This document shows, piece after piece, positions 38,116 to 51,272 of a stretch of DNA of 64,000 nucleotides. The stretch comes from the human T2T-CHM13v2.0 reference genome, Homo sapiens. How positions within the stretch are numbered: position 1 is the first letter of the stretch; each line of letters starts with the position of its first letter. The position numbers and the translations under genes were made by a program. The notes under the pieces were generated by a model. The model saw only the letters and a program-made list of their open reading frames with translations. It was not told where the DNA came from and ran no database searches. The stretch is taken from NCBI RefSeq assembly GCF_009914755.1, contig NC_060926.1, one strand, 5' to 3'.

Positions 38116-39599
38116 TAAACTGTCGGCAGAGTTTCTGATTCTGACTTTTGGTCATATTGGACTCTGTGGTCTTATCGAGGCACTAAAAATTGAGGGCTTC
38201 AATTTCCCCATTTGAGAAATTACAGCATTGAAGTAGTTGGAGTCAGAGGTCACTTCTGCCATGGGATTTGCCTAGATGAGGTTGCTTTCTAGGTCATAAC
38301 TAATTTCCCACCTTAAGAGTAGAGTCTGTCCTGGGAGTAGACTAGGTAATTCCCCAAACGTATTAGAGTGCATCCTTATGCTAATGTTCTGTGTCACTCT
38401 CCCTGGTGGGATCTTCTTGCCTAAGGGACCTCCATGTGAGGAGGCTGGGTGGGCACACAGAGAGAGCTCATGGCCAATGCCATCGCCCACAGGGAAGTGT
38501 GGTCGAGAGTCCTATGTAGAGCACCAGATGGTGGTAGGTGGCTAAGAGAGTGTGTGGGGGCTCCCTTCAGACGCCTGTGGGCCAGCATCAGCTGTGCCCC
38601 TGCCTCTTGCCAGCTTTTCGCCTACAGGGCCTTCTTGATGCCTGAGCCACACCTCAGGTGCGCTGAAAGCTTGCTGATTTGTTATACAATTTTTCTATGC
38701 CCTCTTCTTCCATGGAGAGCTAGTAGGAATTTTCCTATGCTAGGCTGACAGCAAGCTCCTCCTTGTTTAACCGGTATGGATAAAGAGTAATTGATGTGCA
38801 GTATTAAAAAAGATAAGTTTGATCTATTTTTGCCTTCTTGGCTGTACTTCATCAGAAGAAGTTACTTGTGAAGTTGTCAGTACTGAGCTGGACTGCAAAG
38901 TATACCGAGGGAATGAGCCGCTTATGCAGAATGAGAGATCTGTGTGTGCCCAGGTCCTTACACATGCACCCAGCACAGAGCAGGCATCTTCCTAAAACTC
39001 TCTGGATGTTCTGCCTCCAGATGGGCCCCTGTCATCCCAGATTCTGCAAGTGGATCAAGTCCTAATACCTTAAGGCATCCATTGTATGTAAGGAATTAAT
39101 TTCTTCTGCATCTAGAATGGTGTTATTTTTGTAGCATCCCTTGGAGAATTGAGAAAAAGTCACTTTCTATGTTGTGAGGATCAAGGAAGAACCCCAGCTG
39201 AAAAACACCTATGTCAGGCTCCCCAGTCTCCAGAGGGACACCGCCTCAAGACATCCTTCCCTGAGGGCTATATTAGGCTTTCACTCACATTCATGGACTG
39301 CTCCTTCCGATGGCTTCCTCTCCCTCTCCTCTTCATTCTCACTTCCCCCACATCTTCCCACTAGTTCTCAGAGGATATACAGTGTATGTGGTGGTGAAGG
39401 GGGTGGGGACACAACTTTGATAAATATGTCTATGAACAGCATTCAGAGAATAGAATAGATATAGCATGGTGGAAAGTAATAAGTAAGAGAAATGAAAATG
39501 AAAAAGAAAGGGTTGAGAAAGAGAGAGTTGGGAATAAGACTGGCATTTGCTGACAGCAAAATCTTGGACCCAGTACCTGATGCACTGCTCACCAATAGC

Positions 39600-39930
39600 C
39601 TAATTGGATTTTCTTCTATCCATGCATTCCTGGGATCCCGGACTATAGTGCTGAGGCAAACATACTTCCCCTGCCATCATGGAGCTTCCAGTCTGGGAGG
39701 GAAACAGATGGAATGAAATTGCCACCTGGATGGGAAACTACAAATGACAATACAAGCTGGGAAGGAGACGATTCGCTCTAAATGAGAACATAAAAAAAGG
39801 GTTCCTGGGCTGGTCTGGGGACCTGGAAAAGTTTTTCCGGAGGAAAGCATATTTGAGGAGACATCTGTAGAATGAATACATGCAATCTAAGTGACCGGAG
39901 CCAAAGGATGAGCTGACAATTGTTCTCAGA
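39600..39930 (-). mobile_element. L2 fragment
   Basis: ccctgccatcatggagcttccagtctgggagggaaacaga..gaggaaagcatatttgaggagacatctg. Confidence 0.65.
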
Positions 39931-40479
39931 TGAGTGGACAGAGGCTGTGTTAGTGGATTTTTCAGTGAGGATGAGAGTCTAAGGGGAGTAGGAGGAAGGG
40001 CAAGACTGTTCCTATGTTTCCTTTTGTGACCAGAAGGAATTTACCAGAGGAGGCTGCCTTAGTCCTAAAGATGTCTTCCTTTCTGCTTCCCAGCTACTGC
40101 CCTAGAGGCGTCTTAAGAAAACTAGGTAGATATGGAACTGACTTTATACTTGGAAGTGGCTGCAGTCTGCTCTGGTAAACAGGAAGTAGGCCAGGGGCTA
40201 TGCAGGGGCTGTAAGCCCACAGAGTTCAGCTCTTGCTTTTCTGGAAACTTCTACCAGCCTGAGAGTTGGAATGGCAGCTGCTGCCCTAAAGGTTGTGCTC
40301 ATGCCAGACATGGCTGTGCTCATAGCCCTGGACCCCAGATGCAAGCACAGGCTGGCACTATTTTAAAGCAAAATTATAACCCGAGAATAGAAAGGGGGTG
40401 GGTACCGGCTGGACGGGTGTAGAGTGCTATCAGACCTAAAGAGGTCTCTGCTTCCTTTTGTAGTGTTTTGAAATTTGCA

Positions 40480-40590
40480 AACCTGTCCTACATCTATTTT
40501 TATTTCATTTGATATCCACAGGACATCTCTATTTTACAGGTGACAAAACCATATTACAGAGAAGTTAAATGATTGCCCAAGTTCACAGAC
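40480..40590 (-). mobile_element. MIR core
   Basis: ctattttacaggtgacaaaac..cagagaagttaaatgattgcccaagttcacag. Confidence 0.7.
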
Positions 40591-41279
40591 CATATTCTTT
40601 TTTAGTTTTCCTTATTGGTTTTCATTTAGGAGTAACCCTCTAATTAGAGCCCTCATTTTTCATTTGGAGACAAATGACAAGAAAACTGAGACCAGAAATT
40701 CTTGAAAGATAAATCTCAGACAACATTTAGTCTTTCTCACACATAACTTTACTACCTCAGCTCCTATATAATGAAAATTTATATCCCCCAAGAATAATCT
40801 CAAGCTGCCTTGTAAATCATCAAAGAAAGATTTAATTTAGTTCAGTCCTATTAGGTGTATTTATGGTGCTCTGAATCATTGGTATGGGATACATATGACG
40901 ACTCTGAGGAGACCACAACATTACAATAAAAGGAAAAATTCATTTTTTCCAAGGTTTTTATAGAAACAGGTGACCACTATATAGTCCAAGGCCAGAAACT
41001 GATAAACACACCCAGAATCAGTCAGGATGCTGGAAGTGCTGGGGGCTCCATACTCTCCTGCAACCCTTTTCTGAAAATGATAACTTTTCAAAAACCTCTT
41101 AAAAGTAGCAACGTTCATGCAAGTGAGAAGAGATCTATGTATTTCAATGCAGTAGTCAAAGAAATAGCTGTCTGCTCAAGAAAGCAAGCAAGTTTTCATG
41201 ACCATAACATAAAGTCAAGGCTTAACAAATTGTATCATCCCATTTGTTGTGTTACAACTTGAATTTTTATATTAAAAGG

Positions 41280-41645
41280 TGATATAGTTTGGCTGTGTTC
41301 CCACCCAAATCTCATCTTGAATGGTAGTTCCCATAATCCCCACGTGTGGTGGCAGGGGTCTTGTGGGAGGTAATTGCATCACAGAGGTGGTTTCCCCCTT
41401 GCTATTCTCGTGATAGTAAATGCTCACAAGATTGGATGGTTTTATAAGGGGCTTCCCCCTTTGCTCAGCAATCATTCTTCTCTCTCCTGATGCCTTGTGA
41501 AGAAGGACGTGTTTGCTTCGCCTTCCACCATGATCATAAGTTTCTTGAGGCCTCCCCAGCCCTTCAGAACTGTGAGTCAATTAAACCTCTTTTCTTTGTA
41601 AGTCTCGGGTATATCCTTATAGCAATGTGAGAACAGACTGATGCA
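41280..41645 (+). mobile_element. THE1C-like MaLR solo LTR
   Basis: TGATATAGTTTGGCTGTGTTCCCACCCAAATCTCATCTTGAAT...CA. Perfect 5-bp TSD AAAGG at 41275-41279 and 41646-41650. ATTAAA signal at ~41580. Confidence 0.95.
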
Positions 41646-42170
41646 AAAGGATACCTTAATTTTAATTCATCGGTGCTCTTGCAATTTAGATATTCCTGAA
41701 GAAAGTGTTAGTATTGTCCTATATCATTCAGAAAAAAAAATGCTGTTATATGTTTCTATCAATCCCAAGCCCAGCAGATTCAACTATGAATTTTTTTTCA
41801 ATATCAGAAACATGTTTACATATAAGAACTATACAATCTGAATGCTATTAAGTGGTCCTTCTGCTTAAAACAGAAAATTCTGAGTACTATTTTCCATCAG
41901 ATAATATGGCAAATATGAGTAGTCTTCCCACTCATTTTCTTAGTACTAATATATTACAATTAAAACATTTTAAAACTAAATAACTGTGTTATTTATGAAT
42001 TATTTTTTATATTGAGTTGAAATAGAAACACCTCTAGCGTTTTCTTAAAGTGTTATGAGCGCCATTTGAGAAAAGCTGCCAGCAACCTAAGCAGCTCTGG
42101 CCAACCTAGCAGGAGTCTCACCTAATAAACCAGGGGCTGTAAACAAGAGGCTATAATCAGCGCCATAAAC

Positions 42171-42385
42171 CAGGAGTTGTAAAACTGACTGTAAGCAGGC
42201 CAAATCCAGGTGTGTTTATTTGGCTAATATAATTTGTATTTACATATGAAGGTGAATTCGTTCCGATGAGAAAGATGTTGTCCCTTAGCCACAGGCTCCC
42301 CCATTCCATAATGATACACTTTACCCTATGCACTCATTTATGCTTCCTGCTTAGCCCCTGTGGGTACCTGAGTTTGTGATTCCTC
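42171..42385. mobile_element. MER102-like (hAT-Charlie)
   Basis: gcaggccaaatccagg..cactcatttatgcttcctgcttagcccctgtgggtacctgagtttgtgattcct. Confidence 0.65.
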
Positions 42386-43329
42386 CGTTTTCTTTGCTCA
42401 GCCCAAACTGTACTAAATCCTCTATTTTTTTAGGGATTTTTTTCCCAATTTCTTTCCAATATTTTGTAACTTAAAAACAGCCTATGAAGATGGAAAAGAC
42501 AAGCCTTAGAGGTTTCTTGATGTACTAAAAGGCTTTCTTTGCCACTGATGGGGTGCAGAGCTTAACCATTGCTCTTACTCAGCAGGGAACTCATTGTCTT
42601 AAGTGTGATAGATTATGGACCTACAGCATTCAAAATAACTGGTTCAAACCCAAACCACAGTCTTAATTTAAGGAAGAAAAATTTTTAGACACAATTCAGT
42701 GAAAGTTTACCTGATGTCTTCATAGAGCCCTTTATGGTTTGTGTTCTCACTATATGATAGTCTCTTCAAATCACTGTTTCTGAGTCTGACAAAAATTGGC
42801 ATACCAGAGGTAGTACTATAATTTTTTGAGTGATATCATTTTCAACTCAGTAATACCAGTCATAGGCAGTTCAACACCTATCAGGTAAACATGTCTGAGA
42901 CTTCAGAAGAAGATTTTTAAAGAAAATATAATTTATAATAAATTGAACAAAGTTTGGAGAGGTTATTTACAATAACAATTCATTCTGCTTATTAAAATAT
43001 TTAATAATTAAATGCTAGCCACCCTGGTATATTCAGATGATTGTTTATGGGACTGGCAATTTGAGAGTAAGTGTGAATGGGTAAGTGGATGGCAAAGAAA
43101 CACAATTGGCAGCTACTGCCAAGAAAAGTTATCTTTGATCATATAAGGTCCCCACCCCCAAGAAGACACAAGATCAGTTTGACCTGCAATTTCTCAATCC
43201 CAATCCTGTAATGTGAGATGCCCCTCTAGCAGATGTGGACTATTTTGCTGTTAGTGAAATGACAGAAAGTTTCAATGTGGTGCCAAGACACAAATCTAGG
43301 AAAAATAAGTTTATATCTAATAGCAATAA

Positions 43330-43980
<651 letters not shown>

Positions 43981-44799
43981 CTGGGAGAAAATTCCATATA
44001 AGGATCATATTAAAACAAGACAATTTAAAGCCTTAGAGGATTTCATCTGGCCATTGTTTCATATCAGACTGATCCATAAGAGAGTCTTTTAGTGAGTGCT
44101 TTCTGCCTTGTAGGTGGAAGGCCACCCCGGTTAGGTTGGATTCCACTGGAATATGAATCACAGTGGACCATAGGAGGAAACACTTTTTGAAACAGAGCTT
44201 CTTAAATCCTATCAGCAAGTAGTATGTGGCTGTATAATTACTTATGATTACTGCAATACATCATTTTAGAAAGTACTTTTCAACTGCTTCTTTTCCCCTT
44301 ATAAATGTATTATTCATATCTACATAAATAACAGTTCACTAAATTCGTTTAAAGAAATCCATTGATTCTAGTAAATTATTAGACACTTGTAACTGTCACT
44401 CAGGCAATAATCTAGAAATGCCCCACTCAGGATTTCTGGAAACTCACTCCGGGGATGAAGGAGGAACAAAAATACCGTTCCATCTGTTAGCCAAACCGAC
44501 TATACCAAATAATTTGGAACTTAATTACAGAGTTGGCTACATTTTCAAAATGTGATTTCCAAAGGCTGAAAGTTTTATTTAAATCTTTCTATGTTTATTT
44601 CCTCTAAGGACCATCAGTGGTGTTTGCACATTTCACTTTTAGAACCATTGGCTCTAAAGAACCCTCAGATTAGCAGTCAGACCCAGGGAAAAGAGGGAAA
44701 CAGGGAAAACTACATTCTCTCTCTTCTCCCCTACTTTTTTATGCCCCTTCTTCATCTCTAGCATAGCTGAGAACAACTCCATATATTTTCACCTACAAA

Positions 44800-44977
44800 T
44801 AGAGCTGTCAGAAAAAATACAGGACACCTAGTTAAATTTTAATTTCAGATAGTTGTTTATTATATTTTAGTATAAGTATGTCCCATGCAATATTTGAGAC
44901 CTACTTATGCTAAAAATAATTTATCTTTTATCTGAAACTGGTCATTCTGTATTTGTGTTTATTAAATCTAGCAACCC
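44800..44977. mobile_element. MER53 palindromic hAT MITE
   Basis: aaaatacaggacacctagttaaatttt..ttagtataagtatgtcccatgcaatatttgagacctacttatgctaaaa..aaatctagcaaccc. Confidence 0.88.
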
Positions 44978-45369
44978 AAGCTGCGAGACAACTATTTTGC
45001 CAAGATATTTGCTTGAAAAAGTAGGGTCAAAGTTTATCTTTCTGAAGGCATAATTTTGATTAGAAAATCTGAAAGACCAAACTCTTCTTTGATCCCCCAA
45101 ATGAATCTCTGTTGGTAGAACTTTGGGCGTGCGTGAAAGGTGGTTTATAAAGATTATTCTGTTGGGAAAGCCTTTCTGTTGTACCTAAATTTAGAACATA
45201 TAGGTGGCATTTGTTCCCTGTACTCACACGCCTGGCAGAAGGAGAGAAGGAAGGAGGAAAGCAGTAGGATCAAAATGCAGTCACTGTTTTATTTTATTTT
45301 ATTATTTTTAAAATTTTTAACCATAAATCTTGCACTGGGTGGAGAGGGGAGAAGAAGGTTGAAACCTGA

Positions 45370-46182
45370 CATCTTCACCCTTTTGGTTACTCAAGCCAAA
45401 AATCATGGAATCGATTTTTCTTACATTCCAAATCCAATCCAACAATAAGTGTTGTCAGCTTTACCTTCAAAATATAAGCTGAATCTGTCCATTTCCTACC
45501 ACATCCTTTGCTAACAAGCTGGTCCAGGACACCATCATTTCTCACCTGAAATATCGTAGTAGCCTCAGTCTCTCTCCATTTTCACCATTGCCCTTTCAGT
45601 TTACTCCCCACACAGCATTTTGATTGGATCATGTTTAAATCTAAATCTGAGATGTCACTTAAAGCCCTTAAATGACTGCCATTTCACTCATGTCAAGCCC
45701 TAACAATGACCTGTAAGGCCAGCTCCACTCCTCTCCATTCTGCTTCTCTGAGTTTATCTCCTGCAGTGCCTCCCCATCACCCTTCTCCTGCCACACTGGC
45801 CCCCTTGCAAATCTCTCACTGTATCACAGACACACTCCTGCCTCAGGAGCTTTGCAATAGTCTCCTCTGCTTGCAATAGGTATCTGTTTGCTTTGCTTCT
45901 TTGGTTCCTTCAAAGTTCCGTTCAGATGTCTCAACCTCAGCAATTGCAGTCCTCCTCTACTCCCTCTTTCTTATGCTACCTTTTTTCTGCCTGGCCTGTG
46001 TCTTTGTAAACACTCTACCTTTCCCCTGTTTATCTTGTTATTGCATTTCTCTCCCACTAGAATGAAAGCTCTGTGGAGATGCGAGATGTGTTGTGGCTCT
46101 TGCTTATTCTGGTTATTACTGTATCCCAGTGCTTAGTGCCTGGCACATGGAAAGTGCTCCATAAATATTTGTCGAATGAATA
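45370..46182 (+). mobile_element. L2a 3' region
   Basis: ggtccaggacaccatcatttctcacctg, cctgcctcaggagctttgca, ending gtgcctggcacatggaaagtgctccataaatatttgtcgaatgaat. Confidence 0.85.
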
Positions 46183-46659
46183 CATCAGCAACAGTTTTTA
46201 AACAAATTGCTTTTGGAGTTAGACACTTATTTGGAAATAGCAGTCTTAAAAGAATGGACATAGGACAGGGTAGCTGTAATGTCAGGGTCACATTTTGCAG
46301 AATATTCAGAGTGTGGTAGCAGGAGATGAAAAAGGCCGAGACAATAGGGAACAGTTGGATAGGCAGGTCATTATGAGGCCTTTGGTTGTCTGAAGACGTA
46401 TTGGGGATGCTTTATAATTCAGCCAGAGACTGTCCTTTTGCAAAATCAGACTCTAGAAGTATTTGTTTATCATCTCGCTATGAAAGTAATACTCCGTATA
46501 GCAATAGTCTTCGTGCTGGAGCTCCCACGTTATTCCCAGGATCTGGGAAGACATTAAGATAATTAAAAGCCCAGTTCGCTCTGGGCTGTGGGGATCATAT
46601 ACACAGTGTATTATGACAACTGATCTTTCTGCCACTCTTCTCTGCTTCTATTCTTCTCT

Positions 46660-47150
46660 TCTGCTCTATGCTGTAGTCTCAATTCGAAGACCCTTATAAC
46701 ATTGCTTCCAGAAATATCTTCCTAAAGAACTAATCAAGTCGTATTATTGTCTAGCTTCTCAATTAGCATTTTTCCCTACTGGGAATAAACTCCACCTCCC
46801 CCTGTTTTCCCATGCTTGTTTTCCTTCTGTCCTTTCTACAGGCTAGCTACACTGAGCTTCTGCACATTTTCATATTGTTCTTGTTTTTTCCCACTCTCTA
46901 GAATCACCTCCATTGCCTGGAGAAGTTCTCAGCTCTCACAACTCAACTTACATGTCAGCTCTTTGGAGAATTTTCTTCATTTCTCTTGAAGGCATTTACT
47001 GGTCCCTCTTCTAGGATTTCATAATGCCTTGCACATACCTTTGTTGCGACTGACCTTATCATACCATAATGATTTGTTGACTTATCTGTCACCCTCAGAA
47101 GATAGAGCATTTGTGTATCTCCACCATCAATTATAGCATATAGAAGGTAT
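46660..47150 (+). mobile_element. L2 fragment
   Basis: ctcaacttacatgtcagctctttggagaa..gatttgttgacttatctgtc. Confidence 0.5.
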
Positions 47151-47848
47151 GTAATAATTAGATGATTATTAAGTCACATTAGATAATTTAGTTTGTAAAG
47201 TTCAGAGAAATTTATTATTGCTCCTTTACATATAGTTCTCTGGAGATATTGGTTTTGTTTTTCTTTGTTCTTCATAATAACCTCCCTTAAGTCAAACCCC
47301 CGTGACCTCTTGGTCACATGAAGATGTGTTAGTTGAACCCTGTTCCAAAACTAGAGAGAACAAAATGTCTAACAGTAGCTCTTTTGTTGATCATACCAAA
47401 AGGCAAGGCAATCATCAACCTGCTTACTCTCAGGATCTCCCACATTGGTCAAACCATGTCATTACATGTTGTCAGGCTTTGAGAAAAAGCATTCTTCATT
47501 TTAATTCTTTGCATGATTAAAGTCATTCAATTACCATTTGATTTAATTAAATGGCTTTTATGATTTAATTTTAGTGAGAGGAAAAATGATCAGTCATTAA
47601 AATGATGATTGAATGATGATTTTTTTATTATTGCAGTAGATAACAGGAAAGAGCCTTTGAGATAAGTTTTGTAATAAAGAATCCTTCTGGTAGTCACTAA
47701 AATGTGTTATCAGTAATGAAAAAGGAGTTGTTGATATTGTTAATTAATAAGTGATGAATTAGTGTGGAACCTGACACTTCATTTACCCCAGTAACATTAT
47801 CTCAGGAAATTACAGAGAATATTATTCTGTCACTCTTAAGAATTTTTC

Positions 47849-47879
<31 letters not shown>
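47849..47879. repeat. (AG)n microsatellite, one interruption
   Basis: Seen directly in the sequence. Confidence 0.9.
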
Positions 47880-48309
47880 ATAAATGTGTGTAAACTTCCA
47901 AACGGAAAAATAATCTAAATTGTAGTTTAGCACTCAAGCAAAACTAATTGCTTAAAGAAAATGCATGGTGTATATTATGGCATGTTGTAAAAATATCAGA
48001 ATTTACTTAATGACATATTATTTTCTCTCTTTTTTAAAATTAATAACTGATACTTTAAGTTATATGTCATAATATTTTCCGTGTTGTGAATTTCATTAGG
48101 AGATTTTTTTTTATTCCCATCAATGACATCCTTTGGGATGCTAAATATCAACTTTATAATGGAGGGAAATAATTTAGGCAATTAATGTTGGGAATTTAAA
48201 GAAAGCTACTCTAAGTGCATATATATTTAATATAACTTGTTGGAATTATTTTTCTGATACAGGAAGAGATAGTCGGATATTCAATAAGTGATTGATTATT
48301 TGGTTTTAG

Positions 48310-49600
48310 GTTCTGACATCAGTCATTCCATATGAACTGGATATTCCACAATTCAGAACTATTGAGTAGTTCTGAAACTAACTACCTGAAGTTAGCACAC
48401 ACCCCACAGATAAAAGCAAAGTCCTTCACAAGAGTGTCCCCACTTCAGATGCCAGACATAAGTTTTGGGTGTTTGTCCTCAAGCCACTTGGATTTCTGCC
48501 CGGCTGGATACAAATTCCAAGCTGCTTCATCTCTACCTCAATAGTATGGAGTGTAACCCAGTTCTGACACTACCTAGAGTGTCTTTGTCCATTTGCGTTG
48601 CTATAAAGGAAATACCTGAGGCTGGGGAATATATAAAGAAAAGAGGTTTATTTGGCTTATGATTCTGCAGACTCTATAAGAAGCATGGTGCCAGCACCTG
48701 CTTCTGATGAAGGCTTCAATGTACTTTCACTAATAGCAGAAGATGAAGGAGAGAAGGCATCACATGGCAAGGGGAAGGAAATGAGAGAAAGAGAGGAGGA
48801 GAAGGAGGAGGAGGAGGAGGAAGAAGAAGAAGAGGAGGAGGAGGAGGGATGTGCCAGACTCTTTTTAACAACCAGATCTCACAGGAACTAAGAATGAGAA
48901 CTCACTCAATTCCATGAGAATGGCACCAACCCATTCATAAGGGATCCACCCCCATGACCCAAACACCCCCAGTTAGGCCCAGACTCCAAAATTGGGGATC
49001 AAATTTCAACATGAGATTTAGAGAGGACAAATATCCAAACCACATCACAAAGTTAGCCCAGACCCCACAGGTTGAAGACAAAGTCCTTTACAAGACTATT
49101 GCTACTTTAGACACCTCTCTAGAGGGGACAGTTGTAGGTCTCAGGGCCACCCAAGCTTCTGACAAACTGAAGAAAAATTTGGAGGTTCTGACAACTTCCT
49201 TGGTTCAAAAATTTACTAGAATAATTCACAGAATTCACAGAAAAAGCTAAATTTAAGATTATAGATTCCTTATAAAAGGTATACCTCAGGAACAACCAAA
49301 TGGGGAAACTGTGTAGGACAAGGTCAGGGAGGGGTGGGGGTGAAAAGCTTTTCTGTATTCTCACTGTGGAATCTGGCCACATCATTCTTTCAGCAGATCA
49401 ATGTGTTTGTCAGTCAGGAAGCTCCACAGATCCTTGAGTTCAGAGTTTTTACTGAGGTCTCATTACATAGGCAGGATTGATTAAGTCCTAATCTCTAGTC
49501 CCTTTTCCCTTCCTGAAGGTTGGGCTGGCCCAAAGTTTTAATCCTCTGATTGCATGATTGCTCTTTCTATGACTGGCCACCATCCTGAAGCTACCTATGA
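48310..49600 (-). mobile_element. MER21-family LTR interrupted by an MST LTR
   Basis: ttctgaaactaactacctgaagttagc, ccccacttcagatgccag, ataaaaggtatacctcaggaacaaccaaatgg and ggtctcattacataggcaggattgatta. Confidence 0.78.
48580..49047 (-). mobile_element. MSTB-class MaLR solo LTR containing a (GAG/GAA)n expansion
   Basis: tgtctttgtccatttgcgttgctataaaggaaatacctgaggctggg...aaatttcaacatgagattt..aaaccacatca. Confidence 0.9.
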
Positions 49601-50159
49601 ATCCCACCATGAATTGAGAGGTAGAGAGAATGAACATTGTCAGTACAAGTTCAGGGAAAAAGAGCTCAGTGGGGAAGGAGAGACTCAGGGAAGGATTTCT
49701 GAAAAAAAAAAAAAAAAAAAAAAAATGGACTTCAACCAAACCTTGAAGCATGTGTAGAAACTGGATCCTAAAAGGAGAAAATAGGGACCTTCTGGTGAGA
49801 GGAACAAAATGAGCAAATGTGAGACAGGAATAAGTTTATGGTATTTGTGGATGGTTTATATTTCCTTACTTGAATATTTGGTTATAGGGAATTCTTTTTC
49901 CCTTGAGTAGACCTGTTCTATTCTTCATCACTCCTTCTGCTAGAAGGTTCTTCTTTGTCATCAACCACGTCAACCTTCTGGTAATTTCTCCTCAGAGCCC
50001 TGTTCTGCCCTTCATGAAACAGTTACTAGAAGAGTGAGAGTTTATTTCATGGCCTCTGAGTGTCTACTTTCCCCGGGTTAAGCCAACCTAATTCTTGCCC
50101 CCATCCTTCAGTCCATGTGGTTTTGAGTTCCCCATTCATTGATTTTGTCTTTCTGGATT

Positions 50160-50390
50160 GGGTAGTGGTTAACAGTGTGTTTTGTGACATCAGAGAGATT
50201 GTGGCTTGACACCTGCCGTTGTCCAGGTGTATACATTAATTAACCACTTTGAAACTCAGTTTCCTCTTCTATGAAGTAGGGATATTAATAATTCCCTCAT
50301 AGAGTATGGTAAAAATTCTGTGAAGTAATGTAGGCAAAGCACTTAAGACAGCGCCCCAAATATAGTAAATATTTGATGTATATGATGTAT
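50160..50390 (+). mobile_element. MIR
   Basis: gtagtggttaacagtgtg..ctcagtttcctcttctatgaagtagggata..aaagcacttaagacagcgcc. Confidence 0.75.
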
Positions 50391-50403
50391 TATTAAGGGA
50401 CCG

Positions 50404-50868
50404 TGTCTGTTAGATTTAGCTATAAAAAATAATAACAAAAAGCTCCCAGATTTTAATATCTTAAAATTAAAATAACTCATGATTCTATGTGCTGGCAACT
50501 TGAGCTAGGCTCAGCTGGAGAGTTCTGCTGATCTTGGGTGGGCTCTTTCATGTATTTGCCACCTACTGGTGGTTGAAGTTCTCACCCATGGTCTGGTGGT
50601 TGATTGGCTGCATCTGTGATTCCAGACAAGTGTTCTTGTCATCATCCAGTCAGCCTGGGCTAGTTCACATGGTAGGGGGGCAGGATTCCCAGGAGCAGCC
50701 AGAAGGCATATCCTGCTGCACAAGTGTTTTCCAAGTATCCATTTGTGTCATATTTACTACCATCCTATTGGTGAAAGAAAGTCTAGAGTTGCTGTGGGGC
50801 AGCAACTCCTAAGGTCATGGATTAAAGGAGAGAGAAAGAATGGCGTGGCTCATCTGGCAGTCTGCCTC
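50404..50868 (-). mobile_element. MLT1H-like LTR
   Basis: ctcatgattctatgtgctggcaacttgagctaggctcagctgg, catcatccagtcagcctgggctagttcacatgg and cacaagtgttttccaag. Confidence 0.75.
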
Positions 50869-50918
50869 GGACTAAAATTCTCTTTCTAAAATAGTATTTT
50901 AAAGGTGCTAGTTTTCAT

Positions 50919-51127
50919 GACTAGCCTGAGTAGTATAGTGAGACCCCATCTCTACTAAAAATTAAAAAAATATATATATATCAGTTGGGCACACCTGGGG
51001 TTCTAGCTACTTGGAAAGCTGAGGCAGGAGGATCACTTGAACCCAGGGGGTTAAGGCTGCAGTGAGCCATTGTACCACTGCACTCTAGCCTGGGTGACAA
51101 AGTGAGACTCTGTCTCTTACAAAAAAA
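50919..51127 (+). mobile_element. AluJ, 5'-truncated and diverged
   Basis: gaggcaggaggatcacttgaaccc..aggctgcagtgagcc (J diagnostics). Confidence 0.88.
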
Positions 51128-51199
51128 TTGCCAGTGGAGAATGGATTATTCTATTGGAGACTGAATTTGGTTTTGTTCCCTGGTACATTAATGACTTTT

Positions 51200-51201
<2 letters not shown>

Positions 51202-51256
<55 letters not shown>

Positions 51257-51272
51257 AGAGAGAGAGAGAGAG
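51202..51272. repeat. (GT)25 followed by (AG)n microsatellite
   Basis: Seen directly in the sequence. Confidence 0.97.

Noticed and set aside
48652-48891. ORF with poly-Glu tract
   Set aside because: It is the (GAG/GAA)n microsatellite inside an MST LTR.
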